A stretch of 64,000 nt of DNA from an uncultured bacterium (GTDB lineage Bacteria > Hinthialibacterota > Hinthialibacteria > Hinthialibacterales > Hinthialibacteraceae). The notes under the pieces were generated by a model. That model did no database searches, had not been told where the DNA came from, and was given only the letters and a program-made list of their open reading frames with translations. This document shows positions 29,324 to 39,548 of the stretch, in pieces. The stretch lies in contig CAYQOX010000001.1 in the NCBI GenBank assembly GCA_964419335.1, forward strand, positions 200,654 through 264,653, in the 5' to 3' direction. How positions within the stretch are numbered: position 1 is the first letter of the stretch; every line of letters starts with the position of its first letter. Both the position numbers and the translations under genes were made by a program.

Positions 29324-30403
29324 ATGCCGTTTGATGGCACTTTTATCGATCGAGTTAAACTGCGCTTAAAAGCGGGTGATGGGGGAGATGGAATTGTTTC
29401 TTTCCGCCATGAAAAATATGTTCCGCTTGGCGGTCCCGATGGTGGAGATGGCGGCGATGGAGGCTCCATTATTCTTAAAATTAACCCGGGGTTGAATACC
29501 TTGGATAAACTTCATTCCCAGCCTTACTATGCGGCGGAGAGTGGCCAGAAGGGCGGAAAGAATAACCGTACCGGAAGAAGTGGAGAAGATTTGTATTTGG
29601 ATGTCCCCCCTGGAACGATTGTGAGAAACGCTGACACGAGAGAACTACTCATCGATATGGAAAACACGGAAGGAGAAGCCGTCATTGCTCGGGGTGGTGT
29701 GGGAGGAAAAGGCAATACCCGATTCGCTACTTCAACCAATCAAACCCCGCGGAAGTGCACGCCTGGAACCCCAGGCGACGAGTTTAACGCTCTATTTGAA
29801 TTAAAACTGGTTGCCCATGTTGGATTGATTGGTTTGCCCAATGCGGGAAAATCGACTTTGATTTCTAAGGTGACCAATGCCAGACCGCGCATTGCTCAGT
29901 ATCCTTTTACGACATTGCATCCCATTTTGGGAACGATCCATATGCAGGATGGGACCCACCTTGTGATTGCAGATATCCCGGGCATCATCCAAGGAGCCCA
30001 TGAAGGGGTTGGCTTGGGACTTGATTTTTTACGACATATCGAACGGACAAAGATGTTGGTTTTTGTGGTTGAGATTTCTCCTCATGATCCTGCTTTACCC
30101 GCGCAAACCCTGTATGATTTACGATATGAAATCGAACAGTATGATCCCGAGATTTTGCAGCGTCCCTACCTAGTGGTATTAAATAAACTTGATTTGCTTG
30201 AGGATGAAGAGGAACGCCGTATCGTGAAGGATGGTTTTTTTGAACTCTGTGCAGAGATACCCCAAGAACAGGTTTGTTTTGTCTCTGCCTTGGAGAAAGA
30301 CGGAGTGCAAGCCTTCCAAGAAACCATGCTCCACATTTATAGAGACCAGATACAGAAATCTTTACATAATGATGAAAGCAGCCATGAAAAAGACCACCTA
30401 TGA
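29324..30403 (+). CDS. obg: GTPase Obg/CgtA
   Basis: Glycine-rich Obg fold N-terminus (GGDGGDGG repeats), G1 GLIGLPNAGKST, G3 DIPG. Confidence 0.9.
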   Translation: MPFDGTFIDRVKLRLKAGDGGDGIVSFRHEKYVPLGGPDGGDGGDGGSIILKINPGLNTLDKLHSQPYYAAESGQKGGKNNRTGRSGEDLYLDVPPGTIVRNADTRELLIDMENTEGEAVIARGGVGGKGNTRFATSTNQTPRKCTPGTPGDEFNALFELKLVAHVGLIGLPNAGKSTLISKVTNARPRIAQYPFTTLHPILGTIHMQDGTHLVIADIPGIIQGAHEGVGLGLDFLRHIERTKMLVFVVEISPHDPALPAQTLYDLRYEIEQYDPEILQRPYLVVLNKLDLLEDEEERRIVKDGFFELCAEIPQEQVCFVSALEKDGVQAFQETMLHIYRDQIQKSLHNDESSHEKDHL

Positions 30404-31532
30404 ACCTGATTATATCCAACGTGTTCTTGGTGATGTGAAACGCATCGTTGTTAAAGTAGGAACCCGTGTCATTGACAATGAGAAAACCTCCTTTAACCGA
30501 CCTGTGATTGAATCCTTGGTACACGATATCTGTGAGTTAAAAAGAAATGGGACTGAAGTCTTGTTGGTTTCCTCGGGTGCGGTGGGGGCTGGGATGCGTG
30601 AGTTGAATGTTTCCCAACGGCCTCAATCCATTCACCTGCGGCAGGCTTATGCGGCTGTTGGGCAGAGTCGCCTGATGAATATGTATAGTGAAATCTTCAA
30701 TCAATATGGTGTTAAAACTGCGCAAGTGTTATTAACGCGTGCGGATTTAGACCGACGGGCATCCTATTTGAACGCGAAGGAAGCCTTACGTCATTTGCTT
30801 ACGATTGGGGTGGTGCCAATCATCAACGAAAACGATACCGTCTCGATTGATGAATTGCGCTTTGGTGATAATGATAATCTCGCTTCTCTCGTGGCGGGCA
30901 AGATGGATGCAGGTTTGTTGATCTTACTGACCACCGTAGATGGTTTGTTCCGAAAGTTTGACAGGAAACGTAAGCAGGGGGAGTTGGTCGAAATAGTAGA
31001 TGATCGCTTTGATGATTATTTGAAATGGGTCGATCAAAAAGTCGATTCCTTCTCTATGGGGGGAATGAGGTCGAAACTGGAAGCCGCACGTAACGCGGGT
31101 TCAAAAGGGGTCTTGTCGGTCATTGCCAATGGATTAAAGAATGGCATTCTTTTGGATTTGTTTTCCGGCAAGGCTAAGGCTACATGGATGTTGCCGACCC
31201 GAAAACGTATGGCGGCCTGGAAATATTATTTGGCCTTCGCGAAGCAGCCTTGCGAAGGTTCTATCCGCGTGGATGAGGGCGCGGTCCAAGCCTTGAAAGA
31301 ACGGGGAAAAAGTTTGTTGGCCTCTGGGGTGCAAGAAGTCCATGGGAGGTTTCAGGCCAAAGATTTGATTCGGATTGAGACCTTGGATGGAGAGGAATTC
31401 GCTCGAGGATTGGTTGATTATCATTCGCGTGATTTAAGGAAAATTCTGGGATGTAAAACCCAAGAAGTCGAGAAAATCCTACCCAATCGAAAAGGAACGG
31501 TAGTACATAGGAATAATCTAGTTTTACTTTGA
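30369..31532 (+). CDS. proB: Glutamate 5-kinase with C-terminal PUA domain
   Basis: ORF 30231..31532 trimmed to ATG 30369 (MMKAAMKK...), 35 nt inside the obg 3' end. Alternative start 30384. IVVKVGTRVI, LLVSSGAVGAG, NENDTVS amino-acid-kinase motifs and a PUA tail. Confidence 0.85.
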   Translation: MMKAAMKKTTYEPDYIQRVLGDVKRIVVKVGTRVIDNEKTSFNRPVIESLVHDICELKRNGTEVLLVSSGAVGAGMRELNVSQRPQSIHLRQAYAAVGQSRLMNMYSEIFNQYGVKTAQVLLTRADLDRRASYLNAKEALRHLLTIGVVPIINENDTVSIDELRFGDNDNLASLVAGKMDAGLLILLTTVDGLFRKFDRKRKQGELVEIVDDRFDDYLKWVDQKVDSFSMGGMRSKLEAARNAGSKGVLSVIANGLKNGILLDLFSGKAKATWMLPTRKRMAAWKYYLAFAKQPCEGSIRVDEGAVQALKERGKSLLASGVQEVHGRFQAKDLIRIETLDGEEFARGLVDYHSRDLRKILGCKTQEVEKILPNRKGTVVHRNNLVLL

Positions 31533-31560
31533 TTGATACATGAGACGGATAAATAGTAAA

Positions 31561-31602
31561 CGGGGTAGCTTTTTGGTGAGCTACCCCGCTTCTGTTTTAT
31601 TC
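31561..31602 (+). terminator. Rho-independent terminator after proB
   Basis: 10-bp perfect stem CGGGGTAGCT/AGCTACCCCG with 8-nt loop, followed by CTTCTGTTTTATT. Confidence 0.55.
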
Positions 31603-31624
31603 CAGCGTTACGACCTTGTTATTC

Positions 31625-33691
31625 TTATTTCGGTTCTTCTTCGTCCGATTGTTCTTCGGGCTTTTCTTCTTGGGTTTCCTCAGAGGCTTGTTCTGTTTCT
31701 GCTTCTACTGGTGTTTCTTCAACAGCGGGAACAGGGGGAATTTCTCCTTCTCCGGAATCTTGTTCTTGAGGTTTTTCTTCTTCCGGCACCGGTTCCTCTT
31801 GCTGAGTTTCTTCAGTCAAAGGCTCTGGTTGTTGTTCTTCTACGGTAGAAGAAGATTCTTCCTGTTGAGCGGGTTCTGGCTCTTGCGCAACCGGTTGTGG
31901 TTCTTGTTCTTGAGCCGAAGATTGTTGCATGAGCTGATTCATCTTATCACCCAGCAGTTCGCCTAGAGTGGCGTTCCCGCCGGTGGTGTCGCTCATATAT
32001 TTTTTTACTTCTTCTTGCTCTTGCTCTTTGATGTAATCTTTCAACGAAAGACTAATCTTTCGATTGGCCCGATCAAACTTAATAACCTTCATTGTTACCA
32101 CGTCACCCACTTTAACGACATCTTCATGGCGTTGGCCTTTTTCGGTCGTCAGGGTGGAAGCGTGTGCCAAGCCTTCAATTCCTTCTTCGAGTTCCACAAA
32201 GGCACCGAATTCAGTCATACGAGTCACTTTGACTTCAACCAAGGAACCTACTTTGTACTTGCGATAGGCTTTATCCCATGGATCAGGTTCCAATTGTTTA
32301 AGGCCGAGTGAAATTCGTTGCTGACTGGGGTCAATTTCCAATACCTTGGCTTTGATTACTTCACCTTTTTTGAGGATTTGTTTGGGATGATTAATTTTTT
32401 CCGCCCATGACAAGTCGGAAACGTGAATCATACCGTCCACCCCCTCCGGCAAACGTACAAAGGCGCCGAAATCGGTCATTCCAGTCACTTCACCTTCGAT
32501 AAGGGTTCCCGGTGGGTAGTTGTTCCGTGCCAAAGTCCAAGGATCCACTGTCGTTTGACGCAGACTAAGAGAGATGCGTTTGCGCTCTTCGTCAATGCTT
32601 AGTACTTTGACTTGGACTTCTTCGCCTTCCTTCAGCATCTCGCTAGGATGATTGACCCGTTTGGTCCATGACATTTCGGAGATATGGATTAAACCTTCTA
32701 CGCCTTCTTCCAGACCCACAAAGGCTCCATATTTCGTAATGCTGGTGACCTTGCCGCCTATGATACTGCCGGGAGGATATTTTTCTTGGACTGTTAGCCA
32801 TGGATCTGGTGTTTTTTGCTTAATGCCTAGTGAGATTCTCTCCCCATCGATATTGAGAACCAGGACTTCGATTTCATCACCTACTCGCACCACTTCGCGT
32901 GGATGAGCCACATGTCCCCACGACATATCGTTGACGTGGAGAAGACCATCAACACCACCAAGATCAATGAATGCGCCGAAATCCGTTAAATTTTTGACAA
33001 CGCCTTTCATCCATTTCCCCACTTCAAGCGATTCCATCGTTTCTTGGCGAAGTTTTTCGCGTTTTTCTTCAATGACTTGCCGTTGGGAAAGGATCAAATC
33101 GCGCTTTTTGCGCATCTCCAAAATTTTCGCTTCAATAGTTTGTCCAATGAGGGCTTTTTGATCTTCGGGACTGCGGGCACCCGGCCCCATTTGCGAGAAG
33201 GGGATAAAACCACGGAGACCGTCAACATCGACTTGAAAACCGCCGCGTAGGATCGATTTCACTACGCATTTTACCGGGGTGCCTTCTTTATGAGCTTTAC
33301 GAATCATCTCCCGGGATTGGCGTTCTTTCGCTCGTTGTCGTGACAGGATGGGCAATCCATCTTGTCCTTCCCGTTTAACTACCATTACGTCTACATTCAT
33401 ACCCACGAAGACGTTAGGATCTTTTCCATCTTCCAAAAATTCACGGATCGGGATAACCCCCTCCGATTTAGAGCCGATATCTACGACAACATCATCGGTT
33501 GTAACTTTCAGAACTTTCCCGGTGATAATTTGGCCTGTTTCAATATCCGGCATATTGCCATCAATCAATGAGGCCATATCAATATCTTCTAATTCCGTAG
33601 TTTCCACACTCGTGGTGGTGTCAAACTCTTCAGACGTAGTATTCTCTTTTGCGGATTCAATGTCCGCTTGCGCTCGTTCATGATCCAACAT
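31625..33691 (-). CDS. rpsA: 30S ribosomal protein S1 with about 130-aa acidic Pro/Glu/Gln-rich C-terminal extension
   Basis: Six S1 domains (repeated GxV.G.V..I...GAFV / HVS motifs). N-terminus resembles bacterial S1. The C-terminal tail is low complexity (EEPVPEEEKPQEQ...). GGAGG ribosome-binding site upstream. Confidence 0.9.
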   Translation of the reverse strand: MLDHERAQADIESAKENTTSEEFDTTTSVETTELEDIDMASLIDGNMPDIETGQIITGKVLKVTTDDVVVDIGSKSEGVIPIREFLEDGKDPNVFVGMNVDVMVVKREGQDGLPILSRQRAKERQSREMIRKAHKEGTPVKCVVKSILRGGFQVDVDGLRGFIPFSQMGPGARSPEDQKALIGQTIEAKILEMRKKRDLILSQRQVIEEKREKLRQETMESLEVGKWMKGVVKNLTDFGAFIDLGGVDGLLHVNDMSWGHVAHPREVVRVGDEIEVLVLNIDGERISLGIKQKTPDPWLTVQEKYPPGSIIGGKVTSITKYGAFVGLEEGVEGLIHISEMSWTKRVNHPSEMLKEGEEVQVKVLSIDEERKRISLSLRQTTVDPWTLARNNYPPGTLIEGEVTGMTDFGAFVRLPEGVDGMIHVSDLSWAEKINHPKQILKKGEVIKAKVLEIDPSQQRISLGLKQLEPDPWDKAYRKYKVGSLVEVKVTRMTEFGAFVELEEGIEGLAHASTLTTEKGQRHEDVVKVGDVVTMKVIKFDRANRKISLSLKDYIKEQEQEEVKKYMSDTTGGNATLGELLGDKMNQLMQQSSAQEQEPQPVAQEPEPAQQEESSSTVEEQQPEPLTEETQQEEPVPEEEKPQEQDSGEGEIPPVPAVEETPVEAETEQASEETQEEKPEEQSDEEEPK

Positions 33692-33890
33692 CTAACCCAA
33701 TTCCTCCAGTTTTCATGTTGAGAAACAATAAATCCTAATTTCTCAACTTTGTCGGCTTTATTTTTTATCCCTGAATAAGTCTGTAATACAGACCATGGGA
33801 TTTTACAAGTTTTTTTTGAGGTGTTAAGGCTCTCTCTTCAAGTTCTGTGAAAAAGTTAATATTTCTTTGTTTTTTATTTTATTTAGCGCC

Positions 33891-34562
33891 TCAAAAATGT
33901 TTCCTTTCGAAACATTTTTGAGACGATTTTTCTTGAGTCATACATTCCAGTCTATCTTTTAAATGGCTTATCGTAGAAAAAAGACTTTGAGTTAATTTTT
34001 TTACTTTTTCTTCCTGATTTTTTCCCCCAGAAACCTGGTCAGGATAGATCGGTTCACCTACGATCATGGTTACTTTTTTGGGTCGTGGCAGTTTAGCGCC
34101 TCGGGGCAAGGCATCAAACGTACCGTGTAAATATAACGGCACGATAGGTGTTTGGGTGCGAATTGCAATCCATGCAATGCCGTCTTCGAAAGGTTGCATT
34201 TTTCCGTCATCGGTTCTTGTACCTTCGGGAAACATCCCCACTGCGTGATTTTTTTTCAAAAGACGCATAACCGAAAATATCGCCTTGGTGTCTCCTTCTT
34301 TGCGTCGAACCGGATGTGTACCGATTTTTCGTATCCACCACCCGATAAGGGGAATCGAAAATAATTCCTGTTTGGCGAGATATTGTATTTCTCGGTTTAT
34401 CCCTAAGGCGATCATGGGTGGATCTAAATAGCTGCTGTGATTGGCCGCAATCAGTACGGCTCCTTGTGCAGGTATATTTTCTTTGCCATAAACGCGCAAC
34501 CGAAAATAGATCCTAGGTAACAGCCAAAGAAGATACCAAAAGCAACGGTAAAATAATCTCAT
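33891..34562 (-). CDS. plsC: 1-acyl-sn-glycerol-3-phosphate acyltransferase
   Basis: NHSSYLD (HX4D) and FPEGTRT acyltransferase motifs. N-terminal membrane anchor. Confidence 0.8.
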   Translation of the reverse strand: MRLFYRCFWYLLWLLPRIYFRLRVYGKENIPAQGAVLIAANHSSYLDPPMIALGINREIQYLAKQELFSIPLIGWWIRKIGTHPVRRKEGDTKAIFSVMRLLKKNHAVGMFPEGTRTDDGKMQPFEDGIAWIAIRTQTPIVPLYLHGTFDALPRGAKLPRPKKVTMIVGEPIYPDQVSGGKNQEEKVKKLTQSLFSTISHLKDRLECMTQEKSSQKCFERKHF

Positions 34563-34631
34563 GATACCTGTTTTTTCTCTTCTAAGACCTTAACACTACT
34601 TTGCTCAATTGAGAAGGTGGACGTTGCAATC

Positions 34632-36569
34632 CTAGTCATTGTTTTCCAAAGTAATTACAGTTTTTTTAAGTAAAAAGAAGGAAAGAAATAAGCATATTAA
34701 ACATTGTAGTAAACCAAATATGTAAGGGGCTAAATAAATCGGTCGAGCCGAATGGGGATCGCTGGGGTCATAAGCGCTAGGAAAGTAGGTAAATACTTCG
34801 AAACTGTGCAATATTTTTTTGACCATCACCGAAAGGCTAGGCATGTTAATACTTCCTTCCGGAAAGACCACCGAAACACCTGTAAGTGGGCTAACGAAAG
34901 AAAGACCAAATAACCCCCAATCGGTATTATGTTCTATCCCTGCCTCAGGAAGAATAAACGGGGTGACCAATGTTAGAAAAATGATGATTCCTGAGATTAT
35001 AAGCGCTTGATTGGTTGGGTGAAATCGTGCCGAGCAATATAAACTCCATGAGGTATAAACAATAAGCGAACAAAATAAAACCAACGGATAACAGGAAATA
35101 GCCACAGTATCTACAAGTCCGGTGACAAGATCGACTTCCAATTGGAAGACCCAACCGCATATCATTTGCAAAAGCATGCCGGGGGTAAAAAGAGCCAGAG
35201 CGATGAGAAAACTGTATTGCAAGCTGGTATAAAACTTCGCTTTGACGATTTGCTGAGTCGAGAGAAGAGAAGTGCGGAGTAGATCCAAGGTGCCACGCTC
35301 GCGCTCGGCACTAAAACTGGTGGCGGCTAATGGAAGCGTAAAGAAGGCAGCAGCCATGAAGGGAATCGAGAAAAAAAGCCATGATCCTTCGTAAGAAGAA
35401 AGCGGCAAAGAGAGAATGGAAATCATAAGCGAAATATAAAACAAGCGTAACAAGACCGACCATTTAGCAAACCATTGAACTCGCCGTTCAAGAACATAGC
35501 CGGGATTTCCTTCCGTCGTAGTCTTCTCAAAGGTGATGGTGGAAGTGCGTTCATACTGGGGTTCTTTTTTCTTCTCCTCTTTTTGCTCCTCTTCATGCGG
35601 TTTATGGCGAACCCGATCTCCCAGCGCGATAACCCGTACTCTCCATACTGAAAGAGCGAGGAATAGAAAACAAACAAATAAAGAAAGAAATAGATGGAGC
35701 ACTTGAAAAAAATTTAGGCGCAGGTTCGGCGGGGCTTGCTCGGAGAGTAGAATCAAGGGATTGGGAAAGGAAATCATATTTTTGCTGGAAGAAGAACCGG
35801 GCGATATAACGATCTCATTTTCCAGCATATAGTAGGGACTAAGGATCTGTAAGCCATGATTGTAAGAACTAATGCCTTCCCAACTCATTCGGTTTAGAAA
35901 ATGCCAAATCGATCCATGAAAGGGGATCACAAAGCCATAAAGGATGATCATAATCACCGCCAAAAGATAAACCTCATAAACTTTTGGACGCAGGGTGGAG
36001 CAAAATAGCCCAAGAGATCCATAGGTCAATGTGGCGGTCAGAAGAATGAGGTAGGTACGTATGAGGTCCCCGGCCGATAATCCCCCACCAAGAAAGCAGA
36101 GCGCCAAAACCGGCACGGCTGCGGTAAAGAAGAGGATGACGTAGATAACCGGAATGAAACCTTTGGCTAGAATAAAATGTGTGATCGAGACAGGCGAAGA
36201 AAGTATAAGAGGGAGGGTTTCCTTTTCTCGTTCTTCGGCAATTAAAGGCGCCATAAGAAAAGGGGTGACCAGCATGAGAAAAAGCAGGTGACCGCGGGAT
36301 AGAGCAAAAAATAAACTTCGCGCACCTTTTGCGATGTCTTCTCCTGGATTCCAGTGACTCGCGAAATAAGCCCAATTTTGGCTGACCACTATCACTAAGG
36401 CTGTGAGGAAGCAAAACAAGGCGATGAAGGCTTTTTTACTTCGCAAAAAGACTCTGATTTCGCGCCCTAATAAGGGAGAAGTAAGAATTTCTTTACTTAT
36501 TCTATATGGAGGAAAACGGTTTATTCCGTGATGAATACTCACTTTGATCTTCGGGTTAAGAGACCTCAA
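34632..36569 (-). CDS. Tandem-duplicated ABC-2-type transporter permease (no cognate ATPase adjacent)
   Basis: Two copies of the ABC-2 permease signature E(R)E..TL.LL.S.P (AEEREKETLPLILSSPVS and SAERERGTLDLLRTSLLS), each followed by about 6 TM helices. 645 aa. Confidence 0.45.
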   Translation of the reverse strand: MRSLNPKIKVSIHHGINRFPPYRISKEILTSPLLGREIRVFLRSKKAFIALFCFLTALVIVVSQNWAYFASHWNPGEDIAKGARSLFFALSRGHLLFLMLVTPFLMAPLIAEEREKETLPLILSSPVSITHFILAKGFIPVIYVILFFTAAVPVLALCFLGGGLSAGDLIRTYLILLTATLTYGSLGLFCSTLRPKVYEVYLLAVIMIILYGFVIPFHGSIWHFLNRMSWEGISSYNHGLQILSPYYMLENEIVISPGSSSSKNMISFPNPLILLSEQAPPNLRLNFFQVLHLFLSLFVCFLFLALSVWRVRVIALGDRVRHKPHEEEQKEEKKKEPQYERTSTITFEKTTTEGNPGYVLERRVQWFAKWSVLLRLFYISLMISILSLPLSSYEGSWLFFSIPFMAAAFFTLPLAATSFSAERERGTLDLLRTSLLSTQQIVKAKFYTSLQYSFLIALALFTPGMLLQMICGWVFQLEVDLVTGLVDTVAISCYPLVLFCSLIVYTSWSLYCSARFHPTNQALIISGIIIFLTLVTPFILPEAGIEHNTDWGLFGLSFVSPLTGVSVVFPEGSINMPSLSVMVKKILHSFEVFTYFPSAYDPSDPHSARPIYLAPYIFGLLQCLICLFLSFFLLKKTVITLENND

Positions 36570-36661
36570 AAAAATTAATTAGATTGTATAGCTATGGGTT
36601 TGTCTGTATACAACTGGAATTTAATGGCTTGATCAAGATGTGACGATATTATAGAGGGTCT

Positions 36662-37135
36662 CTATTCTTTCTTCGTGAGTTCCTTCCAGTTTTCGTATAA
36701 TTTCATTAGTTCCACCTTGGTTTCACTCATCTTTTCTACATCGTCTTCCTCTTCTAATTTTTCCAGCATCGCCTCAATCCGTTGAGCCAGTTGTTGATCT
36801 TCTGGATGAGTAAGTTCTTCCGTTGATGAAGCGATTTCATCCTCACTCGCCATTTCCTCGGAGGATTCTTCTTCCTGTTGTCGAATTTGAGTAATTCGAT
36901 CGTTTAAATCATCCATAAGAGAGTTCATGTCGTCCGACAAGGTAGGGAAACGTTCAGCGATTTTGTCTTGCAGGGTTTCTATTTGATTATGAATTTTGCC
37001 CGCAATTGTATCGTCGTCGTTTTCGCTTATAGGGCTATTTAGATAGGCAAGCACAAGTAAGACGATGATCGTGAGTAATATTAGAAGACGAATTTTCTTA
37101 ATCATCAGGCGAATACCTCTCCTCTGGATCAGCAT
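36662..37135 (-). CDS. Hypothetical membrane-anchored acidic coiled-coil protein, translationally coupled to hypE
   Basis: Start ATG (37135-37133) overlaps the hypE stop by 7 nt (alternative start at 37105, no overlap). One TM helix, then a Glu/Asp-rich helical tail. No known family. Confidence 0.45.
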   Translation of the reverse strand: MLIQRRGIRLMIKKIRLLILLTIIVLLVLAYLNSPISENDDDTIAGKIHNQIETLQDKIAERFPTLSDDMNSLMDDLNDRITQIRQQEEESSEEMASEDEIASSTEELTHPEDQQLAQRIEAMLEKLEEEDDVEKMSETKVELMKLYENWKELTKKE

Positions 37136-38184
37136 ATACGCGGCAATTGCTCCCCGCTGAGCATGTCAATAATACGTGAGGCTCCAATCAGACTTTTCAT
37201 AGTGACCCTGGCAGGCCCTTGGGCTTGTACATGACCAATGAGAGCACTTTGTTGCCCCATTTCCTGCGCGCGCATAATCGCCAAGGCTCGTTCGGCGTCC
37301 TTCTCTGCGACAAAGGCGGCGAAACGTCCTTCATTGGCTACATAGATCGGATCGAATCCCAACATTTCACATGCACCGCGAACATCGTCACGCACGGGAA
37401 TCGAGCGTTCCTCGATCTGAATGGAGTATTGTGAAGCCTGCGTGATTTCGTTCAAGGCGGAGGCTAAGCCTCCCCGGGTTAAATCGCGCATACAGTGGAT
37501 TTCTATGCCATCCTCAAGCAATTTCAAGACGAGATCGGCTACCGGGGCAGAATCGCTTTCAATCTCACTATCAAATTGTAAACCTTCGCGTACCGCCATA
37601 ATGGCAATGCCATGACGGCCAAGATCACCGTTAATAAGAATCGCGTCACCCTCCTGGATTTGATGAGGATGAATGGGTTGCTCATATTCTATAATACCAA
37701 TGCCGGCGGTATTGATAAACATGCCGTCTCCCTTGCCCCGATCGACAACTTTGGTATCCCCGGTAATGATGGATACGCCGCATTGGTCAGCGGCTTGTTT
37801 CATGGATTGAATCACGCGATGAAGAGTTTCCATAGGAAGCCCTTCTTCGAGGATAAACGCAGCACTTAAATAGAGCGGTTTCGCACCCGCCATGGCGAGA
37901 TCGTTGACTGTGCCATGGACGGCCAAAGAACCGATGTCACCCCCAGGAAAGAAAAGCGGTTGGACGACATAAGAATCAGTGGTAAAAGCAAGGCGTGGCG
38001 TAGTGTTTTCAATAATGGACGAATCATGACTCTGCTGAAGGGAATGTTCAGATAATCCCGGGAGGATCAAAGAATCGATGAGTTGGTTCATCAATTTCCC
38101 CCCGCCGCCATGGGCAAGCATGACATGGGGGTATTGTTGAATGGGCAAGGGACAAGAGAGGGTGAATTCTTTGTTGTCGGACAT
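37129..38184 (-). CDS. hypE: Hydrogenase maturation protein HypE (thiocyanate-forming dehydratase)
   Basis: AIR-synthase-like fold. N-terminal HGGGG motif and C-terminal PRIC ending, characteristic of HypE. Confidence 0.9.
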   Translation of the reverse strand: MSDNKEFTLSCPLPIQQYPHVMLAHGGGGKLMNQLIDSLILPGLSEHSLQQSHDSSIIENTTPRLAFTTDSYVVQPLFFPGGDIGSLAVHGTVNDLAMAGAKPLYLSAAFILEEGLPMETLHRVIQSMKQAADQCGVSIITGDTKVVDRGKGDGMFINTAGIGIIEYEQPIHPHQIQEGDAILINGDLGRHGIAIMAVREGLQFDSEIESDSAPVADLVLKLLEDGIEIHCMRDLTRGGLASALNEITQASQYSIQIEERSIPVRDDVRGACEMLGFDPIYVANEGRFAAFVAEKDAERALAIMRAQEMGQQSALIGHVQAQGPARVTMKSLIGASRIIDMLSGEQLPRIC

Positions 38185-38187
38185 GGT

Positions 38188-39297
38188 CTAAGCCTCAATG
38201 GGATGATCGATTTCGTGACGGCGATAGCGGTAATAGGCGGCACAGGCACCTTCGTTGGAGACCATAGGGGCACCTAGCGGGGTTTCGGGGGTGCAGCGAG
38301 TACCGAAGGCGGGACATTCATGAGGTTTCTTCACTCCCTGTAAAATCAATCCGCTTATGCACTCGGTTTCAGCCTGGGTGGATGGAGTTTGAAGATCAAA
38401 CACATTTTGAGCGTCATGTTGCGCAAACTCCTCGCGTAAATCAAATCCACTATTTGGAATGGTACCAATCCCCCGCCAATGACGATCCACGATTTTAAAG
38501 ACTTCACTAATCATTTTACGCGCGTGGAGATTGCCCTGCGGATGAACCGTGCGCTTGTATTGATTTTCCACTTCATAGCGTTGCTCGCGTAATTGTTTCA
38601 CGCACATAGTGATGCCTTGGAGTATATCCAAAGGTTCGAATCCAGTTACCACAATGGGAACATGGTGCTTTTCTGCAAGAGAAAAGTATTCTTCATAGCC
38701 CATAATGGTGCAGACATGACCGGCAGCAAGAAATCCCTGTATCTGATTTGCAGGGGAAGACAGAATCAATTCCATCGCGGGAGGGACACGGACATGAGAA
38801 GTGAGCAAAGAAAAATTCGTTCTTTTCTCCCGATGGGCTTGGAGAGCCGCCATGGCGTTATTCGGGGCGGTAGTTTCGAATCCTACGGCGAAAAAGATGA
38901 CCTGTTTATCGGGATTTTCGCGGGCGAGTTTAAGCGCATCAAGCGGCGAGTAAACAATTCGCACATCACCGCCTTGTGCTTTCACAGAAAATAGATCGTG
39001 CTCACTTCCGGGAACTCGCAGCATATCACCAAAAGAGCAAAAAATAACATTGGGTTTGGAGGCAATCTCGATGGCTTGGTCAATGATTTCAACGGGTGTC
39101 ACACAAACAGGACAGCCGGGGCCGTGGATCAGGGTGATTTGCTCCGGCAGCAATTGATCAATACCATATTTCACAATCGTATGAGTTTGACCGCCGCAGA
39201 TTTCCATAATGGACAGCGGCCGATCTACAGTTTTGTGAAGGGTATCAACATACTGTTGAGCGGCTTCCGGATCGCGGTATTCGTCGACAAACTTCAT
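38188..39297 (-). CDS. hypD: Hydrogenase maturation protein HypD
   Basis: [13 protein letters not shown] and CPVC-containing motifs diagnostic of HypD. 369 aa. Confidence 0.9.
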   Translation of the reverse strand: MKFVDEYRDPEAAQQYVDTLHKTVDRPLSIMEICGGQTHTIVKYGIDQLLPEQITLIHGPGCPVCVTPVEIIDQAIEIASKPNVIFCSFGDMLRVPGSEHDLFSVKAQGGDVRIVYSPLDALKLARENPDKQVIFFAVGFETTAPNNAMAALQAHREKRTNFSLLTSHVRVPPAMELILSSPANQIQGFLAAGHVCTIMGYEEYFSLAEKHHVPIVVTGFEPLDILQGITMCVKQLREQRYEVENQYKRTVHPQGNLHARKMISEVFKIVDRHWRGIGTIPNSGFDLREEFAQHDAQNVFDLQTPSTQAETECISGLILQGVKKPHECPAFGTRCTPETPLGAPMVSNEGACAAYYRYRRHEIDHPIEA

Positions 39298-39548
39298 GAG
39301 GGTTGTTCCATTTCATTCGATAACTCATTCATCTCTTTTAAGTAAGTGAACACTTCTTGCGCCTCGGTTTCATCGACCACGCTGATAGCGAAACCGGCGT
39401 GGACAATCACGTACTCACCGACTTGCGCTTCAGGCACATAGGCGAGAGAAATTTCCTTTCTCACTCCATGGAAATCGATGGTACCGGTGCGATAGAGTTC
39501 GTCTTCGTTGGTGATGGCAATCACTTTTCCGGGTATCCCTAAACACAT
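39294..39548 (-). CDS. hypC: Hydrogenase maturation chaperone HypC
   Basis: Starts MCLGIPGKV (the essential Cys2 after Met). 84 aa. ATGA-type overlap with hypD. Confidence 0.85.
   Translation of the reverse strand: MCLGIPGKVIAITNEDELYRTGTIDFHGVRKEISLAYVPEAQVGEYVIVHAGFAISVVDETEAQEVFTYLKEMNELSNEMEQPS

Noticed and set aside
29985-30524. 179-aa minus-strand ORF overlapping obg/proB junction
   Set aside because: Antisense to two motif-rich genes (Obg GTPase, glutamate kinase). No ribosome-binding site, no recognisable domain.
31540-31966. 102-aa and 116-aa plus-strand ORFs (Leu/Phe/Arg-rich)
   Set aside because: They are the reverse-complement reading of the GAA/GAG-rich acidic tail of rpsA. 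Low-complexity artefacts.
36559-36662. Long-range imperfect inverted repeat AGAGACCTC / GAGGGTCTCT flanking the 92-bp gap upstream of the ABC-2 permease gene
   Set aside because: Arms are about 90 nt apart with a mismatch/indel. More likely coincidence than a regulatory hairpin.
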